NCBI GenBank assembly: GCA_007571305.1
Contig: RKRR01000149.1
Coordinates: forward strand, 4,631 to 68,630
Reading direction: 5' to 3'
DNA length: 64,000 nt
Source: Candidatus Poribacteria bacterium
GTDB lineage: Bacteria; Poribacteria; WGA-4E; WGA-3G
The translations under genes and the position numbers were made by a program. This document shows positions 1 to 9,965 of this stretch, in pieces; position 1 is the stretch's first letter; every line of letters starts with the position of its first letter. The notes below the pieces were generated by a model. It saw only the letters and a list, made by a program, of their open reading frames with translations, was not told the DNA's origin and searched no databases.

Positions 1-1
1 C

Positions 2-1993
2 GAAGTAAATACTGCAGAGGAGGATTACGAACGGGCTGTCGATGAGTATGAACAGGCAAAACTGACGCTGCAACAGACGGAACTTGACTCACTGAAAGAT
101 GAGTGGCATATCACCGTTGAAACCACAAGACTCTATGAATCTGCGGATGGTCGGGAGCTGTTCTCAATTACCTTGCGAAATAGCTCGTCTCCCGTCAAAC
201 TTGTTGAAAGCTCGAAAGTGCTGGGACGAGAGATTATCATCAGTGCACAGATTGACAACATCTTCGTCGCGATTAAAGAGAAAGAGAGTTATGGTTCCAG
301 CGGAGCAATTATCACCGAACCCTACGAACGAAGGATTGAAACGCTCAAAGAGGGTGAATCCGTCACACTAGAGTTTGAACTGATAAAAGAGAATGTGCGG
401 GATGTCGTCGTAGAGTTGACGTACTCAGATGAAGTTGATGAGAAGAACATTCACCTGAAACAGGAGGACCCGTATATCTCTGTGGTATCTGCGAGGCGCT
501 ACAAGGAGGGGGATCGGAGGCGGCTGGAAGTTGTTCTGACCTATGGTGTCTTGGAAGATGAGACAGAAGAAGCAGGGGCCAACACAGCACAAGAAATCAA
601 TAACGTCTATGTCTCTCTCAAAGACGATACGGACTCTATCATTGGCTACCCGTATGAACACCGCATTTCGACACTCAAAGATGGTGAGGAGAAGATCCTC
701 GATTTTGAACTGCGGCGGAATGTGGACAATCTCACGGTTAATCTTAAATACCTTGATAAGGATATTTCCTATAAAATCCATCTTGAGGAGGACACGCGCT
801 ACATCTCTATCCTAAGTGCGAAAAAGTTTCGCGTCGACAACCAAATGAGGGTGACGATTCAATTGAAAAATACGTCAACGACAGAAGCGATGCCCGTCAA
901 CGCCACGCCTGAAGAGATCGCAGCGGCGAATGAGATCCGCGGAATTTACGTTTCCTTACTTGATGTCACTGATGACACGAACATCGTGAAACCGTATGAA
1001 GAGAAGATCCCAGTTCTCGGCTACAATGAAACAGCGGAATTGACGTTCCAACTTCAGAAAGATGTCGAGAGCCTGAAAGTATCATTAGATTATCCCGAAC
1101 TTGCTGAACCCGATATCCGACTCATCTACCTGCAAAAAGAGTCTGCGCTGGATGTGGTCAATGTGAGTTCACTACGTTTCTCGCAGGAAGGGAATTTGGG
1201 AAGCAGCGTCACTTACGATTTGACGCTCGATCGGTTGGCAGAAACGGAGAATACATTCCAGTTGCGCGTCATTAACCTTCTGAACCGCCTCTCCTTTGAA
1301 TTCCAGGACCCAGAGACACAATCTCGTCAGTCGCAGGTGAAATTTACGCAGGAACAGTCGAAACGGAATCTCTCGTTGATTGTCTATCTCCCAGAGGAAT
1401 TGGATGCGTCCTATCTTGACAGTACGCTTGAGTTCCACGTCGCTGTGCTGGATGAGGCAGAGGCAAATGAACTCGGGGGTGTCAACAATCGCTTGGATTT
1501 CCCTGTCGATAGGATTGCGAGTATACAAGGCGGTGTCGAGCGGTTCGAGTTGATTCCAAAGGGTGTGCCCGAGATTGAGGTATTCGTCCCCAACGCCTTC
1601 CAGACGATCAAGATAGGCGAAGAGGTCCACATGACAGCGACGCTCAAGAACATCGGCACCCGCGATCTCATTGACATTCGGATGCTTGTCGATGTCAATA
1701 CCGATTGGAAGTATACGGTTATCCCCGAAGTCATTGGCACATTGGGACGTAACGAGGAAACAGATATCCAATTGACGTTGAGTCCACCTGCAGACATTGG
1801 GGTCGGGGAATACCAAGCCAAACTCAATGCGGAAGTCACTGTTGACAATCGTAAGTTTGAGGCACGCGACCGTTCGATAACAGTGCAAGTCGAATCTCAG
1901 ACGCAAATGTCAGTGACGACGTTGTTGTTCGGTGCATTGATCCTGCTCATGATTGCGATTGTTATCGTCACAGTCCGTATCAGTCGACGTTGA
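2..1993 (+). CDS. 5'-truncated membrane-anchored repeat protein (three internal repeats of about 105 aa, NEW3/CARDB-like beta-sandwich, C-terminal TM anchor)
   Basis: Frame 2 is open from the window edge (EVNTAEEDYERAVDEYEQAKL...) into the listed ORF 173..1993, so the gene starts upstream. Repeated modules: YERRIETLKEGESVTLEFEL / YEHRISTLKDGEEKILDFEL / YEEKIPVLGYNETAELTFQL. TATLKNIGTRDL...GVGEYQAKL resembles NEW3/CARDB folds. Terminal hydrophobic helix LLFGALILLMIAIVIVTV followed by RISRR. Confidence 0.6.
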   Translation, partial: EVNTAEEDYERAVDEYEQAKLTLQQTELDSLKDEWHITVETTRLYESADGRELFSITLRNSSSPVKLVESSKVLGREIIISAQIDNIFVAIKEKESYGSSGAIITEPYERRIETLKEGESVTLEFELIKENVRDVVVELTYSDEVDEKNIHLKQEDPYISVVSARRYKEGDRRRLEVVLTYGVLEDETEEAGANTAQEINNVYVSLKDDTDSIIGYPYEHRISTLKDGEEKILDFELRRNVDNLTVNLKYLDKDISYKIHLEEDTRYISILSAKKFRVDNQMRVTIQLKNTSTTEAMPVNATPEEIAAANEIRGIYVSLLDVTDDTNIVKPYEEKIPVLGYNETAELTFQLQKDVESLKVSLDYPELAEPDIRLIYLQKESALDVVNVSSLRFSQEGNLGSSVTYDLTLDRLAETENTFQLRVINLLNRLSFEFQDPETQSRQSQVKFTQEQSKRNLSLIVYLPEELDASYLDSTLEFHVAVLDEAEANELGGVNNRLDFPVDRIASIQGGVERFELIPKGVPEIEVFVPNAFQTIKIGEEVHMTATLKNIGTRDLIDIRMLVDVNTDWKYTVIPEVIGTLGRNEETDIQLTLSPPADIGVGEYQAKLNAEVTVDNRKFEARDRSITVQVESQTQMSVTTLLFGALILLMIAIVIVTVRISRR

Positions 1994-2091
1994 GGAAGGG
2001 GTATCGGTAAGGCACTTCGTGCGTTTCGGTTATCAGTTCCTGTAGTAACAAGCGGGCGTTGTTAAACGAGAACCTCTTCACCGAACATTAG

Positions 2092-3480
2092 ATGGAGATT
2101 GTAGTGATCAAAAAGTTCACAAAAGTATTAACAATCTGCCTATTTTTTGCCATTGGGGGTGGCATTTCAGGGCAGCGGCTGGTCGTACTTCAACCAGCAC
2201 GCGCCATTGAACTCGCGCTACAGAACAACGAAACGGTGAAAAAGGCGGAAAAAGTGGTGGAACGTGCCAAGGCAAACCTCCGAGTGTCCAAAGTTATCTA
2301 CCTCCCACAGGTGGGTATCACCGGCGAATATCAACGCCAAAAAGACGGCGATATCGATCAAAGAGACTATCTCACTCGTGCAGAGATGAGCGTGCTTCTC
2401 GCTCAATTCGGTGAAATCCCTGAAAGCCTTGATATAGCGCAGGAGGATGTCCGCAAGGCAGAGATTGAATACGAACGCGCGAGAAAGCAAAGCGTCCACG
2501 ATGTCCGCACTCTCTGGAACAATATTATCCTCACACAGGAAGAGATTCAGGAACGGCGTGCGATTGAGGTGGAACTCAATAAAAAACTCAAAGGCACGCA
2601 AATCAAACACGCAGAAAAACGGATTCCTTTTCTTAGTCGCCTCAATACGGAACTTGAACTCTCCGAACAGCAGCTCGCTCTCAATGAGCTGCAGCGCAGG
2701 CTCGATGTGGACACGGCTGAACTCATTCGCCTGACGGGACTTGATCCACTGGCAGAAGTTACGCTTTCACAAGCCCTCCCGGAAGATGACATCACCTTAG
2801 AAACTGCTGTTGAACTCGCTTTTGCAAACAACCTTGATTTACGCGACTTACAAGGCGATATCGTGCGTCAAGAACGTCTCGCTGCAGAAACAATCTGGAG
2901 CCGGTTTCCTGAACTTTCTGCCGAAGCACGTTACAAAGATCTCCATGTGCTGCTGGAACAACACCAGCGGAACCAGACGTGGGACGCAAAGGCACTCTAT
3001 GATCCAGTGATACTCGATCGTGAGCGAGATGCGTCAAGCCCTTTTCAAACCAGTCCTCGGACACAAGACGGTTGGGAATTGCGTTTCAACGTCAACATCC
3101 CACTCTACGATGGGAACAGGACTCAGCATCTCCGCGCCATAGAAATCGCAGAATTGGAACGGTTGCAGCTGGAGTACATCGAAAAAACGAAGTCCATCCG
3201 TGTAGAGGTGCGCCGTGCCTATCGTGAGGTGGCAAATGCCAAAGAACGGGCGGAGATCGAAGAAACACGGGTCAGGATTTTTGAACAAAGGTTACGCACC
3301 ATAGAACGCGTGCTGGATGAAGTCACTGTTGAAATACCGGGGTATCAAAATATGACTTATAACGATGCGTTTCAAACACAGGCACAATTTACAGAGGCAC
3401 AACGTGTCTTTTATCAGGCACGCCGAGATTACGCGAAAGCCAAGGAACAACTCCGAGAAACAATGCAATGGATCGAATAA
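2092..3480 (+). CDS. TolC-family outer-membrane efflux protein
   Basis: 462-aa ORF with a hydrophobic N-terminus (VLTICLFFAIGGG). It has the duplicated coiled-coil pattern of OEP/TolC proteins (AIELALQNNETVKKAEKVVERAKANL...; AVELAFANNLDLRDLQGDIVRQERL...). Confidence 0.75.
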   Translation: MEIVVIKKFTKVLTICLFFAIGGGISGQRLVVLQPARAIELALQNNETVKKAEKVVERAKANLRVSKVIYLPQVGITGEYQRQKDGDIDQRDYLTRAEMSVLLAQFGEIPESLDIAQEDVRKAEIEYERARKQSVHDVRTLWNNIILTQEEIQERRAIEVELNKKLKGTQIKHAEKRIPFLSRLNTELELSEQQLALNELQRRLDVDTAELIRLTGLDPLAEVTLSQALPEDDITLETAVELAFANNLDLRDLQGDIVRQERLAAETIWSRFPELSAEARYKDLHVLLEQHQRNQTWDAKALYDPVILDRERDASSPFQTSPRTQDGWELRFNVNIPLYDGNRTQHLRAIEIAELERLQLEYIEKTKSIRVEVRRAYREVANAKERAEIEETRVRIFEQRLRTIERVLDEVTVEIPGYQNMTYNDAFQTQAQFTEAQRVFYQARRDYAKAKEQLRETMQWIE

Positions 3481-3621
3481 AATATTTGCGAGGAGAAAAT
3501 GTCAACTACCCAAATCTAAAGACTGGGAAGTTGACTCCGCAATGGTTTTTGGTAAGGTGAAATTGAGATCGAACCGGTAGAGCGAAATCTCTGTAGAGGA
3601 ATAATGCCCAGCGTTAGTAGT

Positions 3622-4398
3622 TTAAAAAATCTCTTGGAGACAACGTCTGATGTAAGGCACATCGTCCACCCATAAGCCATCAACACCACCAGCTTTCTGT
3701 GGTGAAACCGCCCAATAGACATCTTTCCCTGTCCGAATAAACCCGGCATCTACAACAATACCATTCGCTTGGAGTTGCTTGACTTGGCGTTTAACACTCC
3801 GCGTGAACGTATTATAAAGCCCAAAGTGATTAATTCCGCTCCAGCCTAAAATGATGCGATTCGCATCGATAGCAGCCGCTGCTCTGAGGAAATTCGCCGC
3901 CGGATTAATGAGAATCGAGCTTGTCTGCAATTTCGGCTCTAAACGTTTCGTATCTACAAGCAGATGTTTTCGTAGGTAAAAAGTGAGAATATTGACAAGG
4001 TGAACGACTTCAAAGTGGCGGATCCGCTCTACGATGATTGAGAGTAATTCTGGTGTGTCCGCCTTGGGTTCAACGAAACACGGCATTTGGTTTTCCCGTG
4101 CGAAACGGAGTGCGTCATCAAGGTGAGCAACAGGTTCATTAGATGCCTCCATTGTTAGTTGCTGTACCTCTTTCCAAGTAAGTTCATTGAGGGATTTGGA
4201 GCACCCCGTAGCTTTTCGAATACTGTGTTGGTTGAAGCCAACGTGAATTAGGACAGGTTGCTTATCTTGGGTGAGACAGACATCACACTCATATCCATCA
4301 GCACCGTCCACCAAGGCCTGCCTGAAAGAAGCAAGAGTGTTTTCGGGTGCCCGTCCCATACCGCCTCGATGTGCCAAGAGTTTAATCTCCATCGCCAA
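3622..4398 (-). CDS. glycerophosphodiester phosphodiesterase (GDPD) family
   Basis: N-terminal LAHRGGMGRAPENTLASFRQALVDGADGYECDV matches the GDPD HRG...ENT...E-D catalytic signature. Confidence 0.85.
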   Translation of the reverse strand: MAMEIKLLAHRGGMGRAPENTLASFRQALVDGADGYECDVCLTQDKQPVLIHVGFNQHSIRKATGCSKSLNELTWKEVQQLTMEASNEPVAHLDDALRFARENQMPCFVEPKADTPELLSIIVERIRHFEVVHLVNILTFYLRKHLLVDTKRLEPKLQTSSILINPAANFLRAAAAIDANRIILGWSGINHFGLYNTFTRSVKRQVKQLQANGIVVDAGFIRTGKDVYWAVSPQKAGGVDGLWVDDVPYIRRCLQEIF

Positions 4399-4449
4399 TT
4401 ACCTCACTACTTTCCGAGGATTACAAGCAACTCTGTGTAGGTGTTCGAC

Positions 4450-5175
4450 TCAATCCTGCTTATGCCACATTCGCTCAAAGTTATCTTGGGGAGCAAAACC
4501 TAAGATGCGTTTCGTTTTGACATTCGAGAACTGCTGATGGGGTAAATCTGCGAAGATATTGAAAATCTCACAACGTGAGGGGAGGGCTTCCAAATCAATC
4601 TCTAAACCCAGTCGGAAGGCTTCACCTGCGTCCCGCCAACTGACAGAAAAGGGATTGAGATCGGTGCCTGCTGCTTGATCGTCGTGATCCCGGAAACTGA
4701 GAAACAGATAGCAGAGAACATATATGTCGTAATGCTCAGTGAAGACCTTACAGATTTCCTGCCCTAACCCCTTGGTTAATGGATAGAGTCCGGTGCTTGT
4801 GTGGGGTGGAACGTCCGGGTTAATCTCGTAATCGTAGGTGGTGTAGTCATCCCCTTGGATCGTGAAATGTGGTCCGGTGTTGATAATGCGACGGATACCG
4901 TGTTCGACAGCGGCGCGCATCATGTTGTAACAACCACGCGTACTCACATCAAAAGCCAATTGCCGATCGTGTCGTAGGACGGAGCAATTCAGAATCGCGT
5001 CCATTCCCTCAGATGCTCGCATCACCTGATCCAGCGAACCAACATCAATGTACATTGATTCATGTTTCGTCTCGATCTCGTTGATGTCTGTGACACGCAA
5101 AGTATAGTAAGGTTCCAACGCCTTGATGACATGCGGTCCAAGATACCCATTACCGCCTAAAATGAGAACTTTCAT
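4450..5175 (-). CDS. NAD-dependent epimerase/dehydratase family protein
   Basis: MKVLILGGNGYLGPHVIKAL carries a Rossmann GxxGxxG motif at the N-terminus. The length is typical of a short SDR/epimerase. Confidence 0.7.
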   Translation of the reverse strand: MKVLILGGNGYLGPHVIKALEPYYTLRVTDINEIETKHESMYIDVGSLDQVMRASEGMDAILNCSVLRHDRQLAFDVSTRGCYNMMRAAVEHGIRRIINTGPHFTIQGDDYTTYDYEINPDVPPHTSTGLYPLTKGLGQEICKVFTEHYDIYVLCYLFLSFRDHDDQAAGTDLNPFSVSWRDAGEAFRLGLEIDLEALPSRCEIFNIFADLPHQQFSNVKTKRILGFAPQDNFERMWHKQD

Positions 5176-5203
5176 TGTATCCTCCCTTAGAGAAACGTTG
5201 TTC

Positions 5204-5914
5204 CTACTGAGATAATGGTACGAATTGCGGATCGAACTTCAGATGCCCCTTGGCTTTCCCGATCGAGAAACGGGAGCCGAGGAATTCCGACTGGATGTGA
5301 AAGATTCGCCACGGCGCGGACGATTCAAGTGCCCCTTGAAAAGCACTGACTGCGTCGTTCATCTCAAGCCACATTGGATCCGCCTCGGCGGTTGCTGCAG
5401 CATCAGCCCGAATGAGGTTACCGAGACGCAGACACGTCACGTTGAGTTTGCCTTCGCGACCGAATTCTCTACACGTGAACTCACCAAGATGTTTTGAAAG
5501 CACGAAACTATCAATAGACGGACGAGGTCGCCAACTCTCTGTAACCGTCCAATCCTCACCGTGTTGCTCAAAAAGGCGGAGCGTGCTTGCGTAAATGGCA
5601 TGTTTCACGCCTTCTTCCGATGCCGCCATCAGTAAGTTATAAGTGCAGCGCGTCTGATAATCGATAGCGTAATTGTCGGGTTGGTCGGCTTTAGCAAGGA
5701 GACGAGGCGGTATTTCTGCAATGTGGATAATGGTATCTATACCGCGGACCAGTTCGTTAGTTGACTCGTCATGTCCAAGTTCGCTTTGTACGAAAGTTCC
5801 TTCAACATTGTCAACAGGATACAACTCTGTCAAGCGGAGTGTGTGGTCTGCCGCTAATGCTACCGTTATGTTGCGCGCCAGTTCAGAACCAGCGGAGGTA
5901 ATTAAGATATTCAT
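5204..5914 (-). CDS. NAD(P)-binding Rossmann-fold (epimerase-like) protein
   Basis: MNILITSAGSELARNI has a Rossmann-like N-terminus. It is adjacent and co-directional to the previous epimerase-like gene. The start is preceded by the conserved motif ccgcaaggaaaaaattaaaaaATG. Confidence 0.55.
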   Translation of the reverse strand: MNILITSAGSELARNITVALAADHTLRLTELYPVDNVEGTFVQSELGHDESTNELVRGIDTIIHIAEIPPRLLAKADQPDNYAIDYQTRCTYNLLMAASEEGVKHAIYASTLRLFEQHGEDWTVTESWRPRPSIDSFVLSKHLGEFTCREFGREGKLNVTCLRLGNLIRADAAATAEADPMWLEMNDAVSAFQGALESSAPWRIFHIQSEFLGSRFSIGKAKGHLKFDPQFVPLSQ

Positions 5915-6052
5915 TTTTTAATTTTTTCCTTGCGGATGAGTGGCAGTCCATGTAACCTTATCGGCTTCTGTGTTCGAGTTGAAGAAACGTCCAAGCAAAA
6001 CGCCTCTACTCCGTTACGGGCTTCGGTTTTGGTGTTGAGCTGTGCCGAAGAG

Positions 6053-6460
6053 TTAAAAAGCTTCCCGGATTTTTGCCGCAATGTTGCCGATTTCCTCCAT
6101 ATCCCCTTCGCTCGGTCGCCACGGTAACCGAAGCGGATCGCCTTCCCATCGCGGGATGAGGTGGAGATGGAAGTGGAAAACGGTCTGAAATCCTGCGGCT
6201 TCATTTGACTGAAACAGATTTAGCCCGTCAGGGTTCAATGCAGTCCGTATCGCGTTTGCAAGGGGAATCGCGGTTTGCATAATTTTACTGCCTACTTCTG
6301 TAGGCATATCATAGATATTTCGATAGTGCTGCTTCGGTATAACGAGGGTATGCCCCGGATTCGCGGGGGCAATATCCATAAACGCGAAGACGTGCTCATC
6401 TTCGTACACTGTGGCTGCCGGAATGTCCCGAGCGACAATAGAACAAAAGATGCAATCCAT
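6053..6460 (-). CDS. HIT-family nucleotide hydrolase/transferase
   Basis: MDCIFCSIV...NPGHTLVIPKQH...HFHLHLIPR contains the histidine triad HxHxHxx. I chose the internal ATG at 6460 because it follows aaggaagaattaaaa. The longer listed ORF (to 6532) runs through a repeated leader sequence. Confidence 0.85.
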   Translation of the reverse strand: MDCIFCSIVARDIPAATVYEDEHVFAFMDIAPANPGHTLVIPKQHYRNIYDMPTEVGSKIMQTAIPLANAIRTALNPDGLNLFQSNEAAGFQTVFHFHLHLIPRWEGDPLRLPWRPSEGDMEEIGNIAAKIREAF

Positions 6461-6544
6461 TTTTAATTCTTCCTTGCGGTTAAACAATGTGGGTCTGAAT
6501 TTTGACCTACTTTTTTTATACTCGCTCTCCATTTCATTACGAGC
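6461..6544 (-). promoter_or_regulatory. conserved leader/upstream element of about 85 nt (copy 1)
   Basis: Coding-strand blocks gctcgtaatgaaatggagag (6525-6544) and gtttaaccgcaaggaagaattaaaa (6461-6485) recur upstream of the unrelated gene at 55774..56940. The block-to-ATG spacing is the same in both copies (65 vs 66 nt). Confidence 0.5.
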
Positions 6545-6604
6545 GACACATTATGAATTAAGGAAAAAATAAAGCAGTCCCAAAGAATGGGTCTATGCAC
6601 TATT

Positions 6605-6685
6605 TTAACCTAAACTGTCACCTTGTAGCATAACCTGTTAGGGTGTGCATCTTCGCACCCAAAATCACACGGAATACACCTAATT
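6605..6685 (-). repeat. intergenic repeat fragment containing the 24-nt hairpin core (inverted orientation)
   Basis: gtagcataacctgttagggtgtgc at 6625-6648, with flanks similar to the copies at 39102-39195 and 24806-24921. Confidence 0.7.
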
Positions 6686-6711
6686 TTTCGCAAAAGGTAC
6701 GCTCACTTCCA

Positions 6712-8622
6712 TTACCGATATGTCTTAAATCCAGCCTCTACACGGGTTTTACGATAGAGGTTTAGCACATCACCCTCAACGCGTGCAGTCACCTGTCTGC
6801 CATCGCTGAAGGTCACCTGAAATTGTGTGTCGGAGTCCTGTGAGATTGTCTCTGTCGTCGGCAACGGGATATCCTTCTGCTTCGCCCACTCTTGAATCAA
6901 CTTCGTGAGAGAATTCGCGTCACTCGGTGCAGATTTTGCGTCCTTCAATTCGATACTGAATGCAGGCATGCTCTTCTTGACGTAGTTAAACCAACGCGCC
7001 GTCCGTAGGAACGGCACGAGAGCCTGCAGTGCTTCAGCAGTACCAATTCGGCTTAGTGCCTCTGAAGAGAAGCCACGCACATACGCCGACTCGCTCATCA
7101 ATGCCTCTCGTAACGCGGGTATCGCCTCAGCGGCATCCGGTCCAATACGGGTTAGTGCCTGCGCTGCAAAGAACGCTAAATCTGTATCTCCGCGATTTTC
7201 CAATACCTCTACCAACGCGGGGACGGTTTTCGATACCGGCACTTTAATCATACCCAACGCCGAGGTTGCATGTCGACGCACCTCTTCCGATTCATCCGTT
7301 AATAACGCAATAAGCCCATCAATTGCTTCTGCTGCGACCGGACCCATTTCGCCTAATGCATACGCCGCTGAAGCGCGCACGTTCTCGCGTTCGTCCTCCA
7401 AAGCCGTTATGAGTGCGGACGCAGTCTCCGACACGCCTGTTGCCGCGAGACCGTGTGCGGCATCACAGATATGGAGAATCGGTTCCATATCAAACGCCTC
7501 CGTCTCTGAATCCAGTGCGTCAGCGAGGGGTTCAACCGCGGGTTTCCCAATCGCACCGAGAGCATAGATGGCATTCCTCCGTACAGGTTCATAACTATCT
7601 TCAAGTGCATCTACGAGTGCGGGGACAGCCTTGGCACCATCCGTGCGCATAAAACCCAATTCGTTCGCGGCTTTCATACGGACGTTCGGATCATCTGCTT
7701 TCAATGCCGCAACCGCTGATGCTACATCTATCGCGGTATCTGGACGGTCAGTTTCATAGAGATCGGTTTTCCCGTACATCCAATTCCAGATATACGTCCA
7801 GAGGATTTCTGCATCGTAAGGAACGTGATTGACTTCAGGGGGTTGCCACATAGAGGTGTTACTGTTCCAGGAAGGCACCGTCGGTTGCTCGGTACGCATA
7901 AAGACGAATTTCATGCCGTAGCGGTTCAGAGGAACATAATTCTGTAGGAACGAATGCACCATATCGAAGTGCATAATCCACACCGTGCCGAGTTCGCCGG
8001 ACATGGGGACCAAATTGCGATTCAGGAAATTATCGGAAAGCAGTCGCGTTCCGTTTCCACCCTTTGCATGTATTTCATGCCGGTGACGCTCGCCATCCAG
8101 CATAAATTCTCGGATGTATTGCGTCCCTGGGATAATACAGGTCGGTCCTTGTTCGGCAAGGCAAGGCTGCGGATAATAGAAGAGAATCGCCCAACGAGGC
8201 GTTCGGTGCCGCGGCCGTTTTCCACCGGCGTGTCCATCTTTATGGAGCGGCATCATCAATCGTTCTTCGCCGCTTTCTTTGTTGCTCGGTGTGCTTCCGG
8301 AAAAATTGGGATGGCAATGTCGATGCGGGTGCATGACATATCCGTTTCCCAAAATGCTGGTGAGCGCGCCGCTCACCTCTGGTGACTCCAAAACTACCTG
8401 AAGTTCCGGGACCAAGGGTAAAATGTTATTGAGAGGGTTGTGCTGCCTATCGCCTCGGAAATCTGTCGCCCCGGCAAAGAGTTCGTCGGTTTTGTCGTAG
8501 ATAATTTCGTGGATATGCGTCGGCACATCGGCGGTGACGTTGACATACCCGTTCACAATAAAATGGCGAATCTGTTCATCATTGAGAAGTTGATTTTTAA
8601 CTGGACCTTGCGGATAAGTCAT
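6712..8622 (-). CDS. phytanoyl-CoA dioxygenase (PhyH)-like domain fused to HEAT (PBS-lyase type) repeats
   Basis: The N-terminal half has a 2OG-Fe(II)/PhyH-like pattern (LNDEQIRHFIVNGYV..., HPH/HKDGH histidines). The central part holds about 6 tandem HEAT units (VPALVDALEDSYEPVRRNAIYALGAIG, ...VRRHATSALGMI, ...YVRGFSSEALSRIG). Confidence 0.7.
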   Translation of the reverse strand: MTYPQGPVKNQLLNDEQIRHFIVNGYVNVTADVPTHIHEIIYDKTDELFAGATDFRGDRQHNPLNNILPLVPELQVVLESPEVSGALTSILGNGYVMHPHRHCHPNFSGSTPSNKESGEERLMMPLHKDGHAGGKRPRHRTPRWAILFYYPQPCLAEQGPTCIIPGTQYIREFMLDGERHRHEIHAKGGNGTRLLSDNFLNRNLVPMSGELGTVWIMHFDMVHSFLQNYVPLNRYGMKFVFMRTEQPTVPSWNSNTSMWQPPEVNHVPYDAEILWTYIWNWMYGKTDLYETDRPDTAIDVASAVAALKADDPNVRMKAANELGFMRTDGAKAVPALVDALEDSYEPVRRNAIYALGAIGKPAVEPLADALDSETEAFDMEPILHICDAAHGLAATGVSETASALITALEDERENVRASAAYALGEMGPVAAEAIDGLIALLTDESEEVRRHATSALGMIKVPVSKTVPALVEVLENRGDTDLAFFAAQALTRIGPDAAEAIPALREALMSESAYVRGFSSEALSRIGTAEALQALVPFLRTARWFNYVKKSMPAFSIELKDAKSAPSDANSLTKLIQEWAKQKDIPLPTTETISQDSDTQFQVTFSDGRQVTARVEGDVLNLYRKTRVEAGFKTYR

Positions 8623-8837
8623 AGTGTCCGTGAGTTTAACGGCTTGCGTGTGAGAGTCGCCCGCGCCGTTGTTGCGGGCTTGGTTTCCGTTTGTGCCAAT
8701 GGTGCAGGCTTCGATTTCACAATAATGTTTCCATGATACAAGAACCTCAAAATCCCCAAACCCGATTGAGATCTCATCAGAAACCTGCGCGTAAGGGAAA
8801 CGAAGCGCAGAGCGAAAACATAATAATTAAAAATTTT

Positions 8838-9803
8838 CTAATACCATGCCGCTTTATTGACTACGTTCTGTAACGGCGCGCCTTCTGCGAACCGACGAGC
8901 ATTTTCCAAGAGAATCTCAAATCGTCGTGCCGGAAGGTTTTCTGCATCTTTCACAGCGATGTGTGGCGTTATTAACACATTCGGCAGATGCCACAATGGA
9001 CTTTCAGCAGGTAAAGGTTCAATCTCAAATACATCCAAACCGCACCCCGCAATGATTCCCTGTTCAAGTGCGTCAATAAGGTCGGCGAGTTTTGTCGTCT
9101 TACCGCGTCCGATGTTAATGAAGTAAGCCGTCCGTTTCATCAGTGCAAAACGGTCTTTGTGCCACATTCCTTCGGTTTCAGGTGTGTGTGGTGTCGTAGT
9201 TATCACAAAATCGGCGAGTGGAAGAAGCGTGTCGAGTTCTGTGCATTCGTGTTTCTCTACAAAAGGCACTTCATACTCCCACCTTGGATCAACACCGATC
9301 ACTTTCATCCCGAACTGATTACAGAGTCGCGCGGTTTCATGCCCGATACCACCAACGCCGACGATCAATGCTGTCGCTTGTGCGAGGTCGATGTATCCAC
9401 TTTTCCGAGCGTCTTTCTCCCAAACGCCTTCACGTTGTGCATCCATATAATAGGGTAGTCCACGAGAAAGCGCGAGGACGAACATCATGATATGTTGCGA
9501 AATATGGTCGTTGTAAATGCCACGTGGGTTACAGGCGACGAGGGGATGCTCAATCAACGCCGGATAATAATAACCAGGGAAGGGCCCCGCAGCGGGGTTC
9601 TGTAGCCATCGCACGTTTTTCGCCAACGGTAGTTGTTCGGGCGACACCCAGCCGTAGACAGCATCTGCATCGGGAAGGTGCTCTTCGACTGCTCCATCTG
9701 TTTCCGGTAAAACGACGGTGTATGCAGGCAATTCGTTTTGGAGGCGTTCAGCCCATTCGCGTAATTCCGCGTCCTGGGGTGGCATAATTACAAGTTTTGG
9801 CAT
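8838..9803 (-). CDS. D-isomer-specific 2-hydroxyacid dehydrogenase
   Basis: GVGGIGHETARL is an NAD-binding GxGxxG motif. The family pattern ...FINIGRGKTT...LDVFEIEPLP...PNVLITPHIA is also present. Confidence 0.85.
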   Translation of the reverse strand: MPKLVIMPPQDAELREWAERLQNELPAYTVVLPETDGAVEEHLPDADAVYGWVSPEQLPLAKNVRWLQNPAAGPFPGYYYPALIEHPLVACNPRGIYNDHISQHIMMFVLALSRGLPYYMDAQREGVWEKDARKSGYIDLAQATALIVGVGGIGHETARLCNQFGMKVIGVDPRWEYEVPFVEKHECTELDTLLPLADFVITTTPHTPETEGMWHKDRFALMKRTAYFINIGRGKTTKLADLIDALEQGIIAGCGLDVFEIEPLPAESPLWHLPNVLITPHIAVKDAENLPARRFEILLENARRFAEGAPLQNVVNKAAWY

Positions 9804-9885
9804 GGATTTTATTCCTCTCTGTAGTTTTCGCCTATTTTAGCACAAGGACATCAGAAGATCAAGACCTAATTATATTAAAAAACGC

Positions 9886-9913
9886 TTGAATACCCTCAGA
9901 ATTTCGGTATAAT
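9886..9913 (+). promoter_or_regulatory. candidate sigma70 promoter for the helicase-nuclease pair
   Basis: TTGAAT (9886-9891), 16-nt spacer, TATAAT (9908-9913), about 50 nt upstream of the first ATG of the helicase gene. Confidence 0.4.
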
Positions 9914-9965
9914 AGAGGCATTCGTAATTAGTGGAAAACTCCAATTTAAAGCGTTGAGCAGTATT

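Noticed and set aside
1172-1906. Long antisense ORFs inside strongly supported genes (for example 1172..1906 -, 14495..15067 -, 39274..39795 +, 44244..44795 -, 55738..56502 +, 62459..62923 +).
   Set aside because: Each lies entirely within, and opposite to, a gene with clear family motifs. Their translations are low-complexity or Arg/Ser/Cys-rich with no recognisable domain. They are shadow ORFs.
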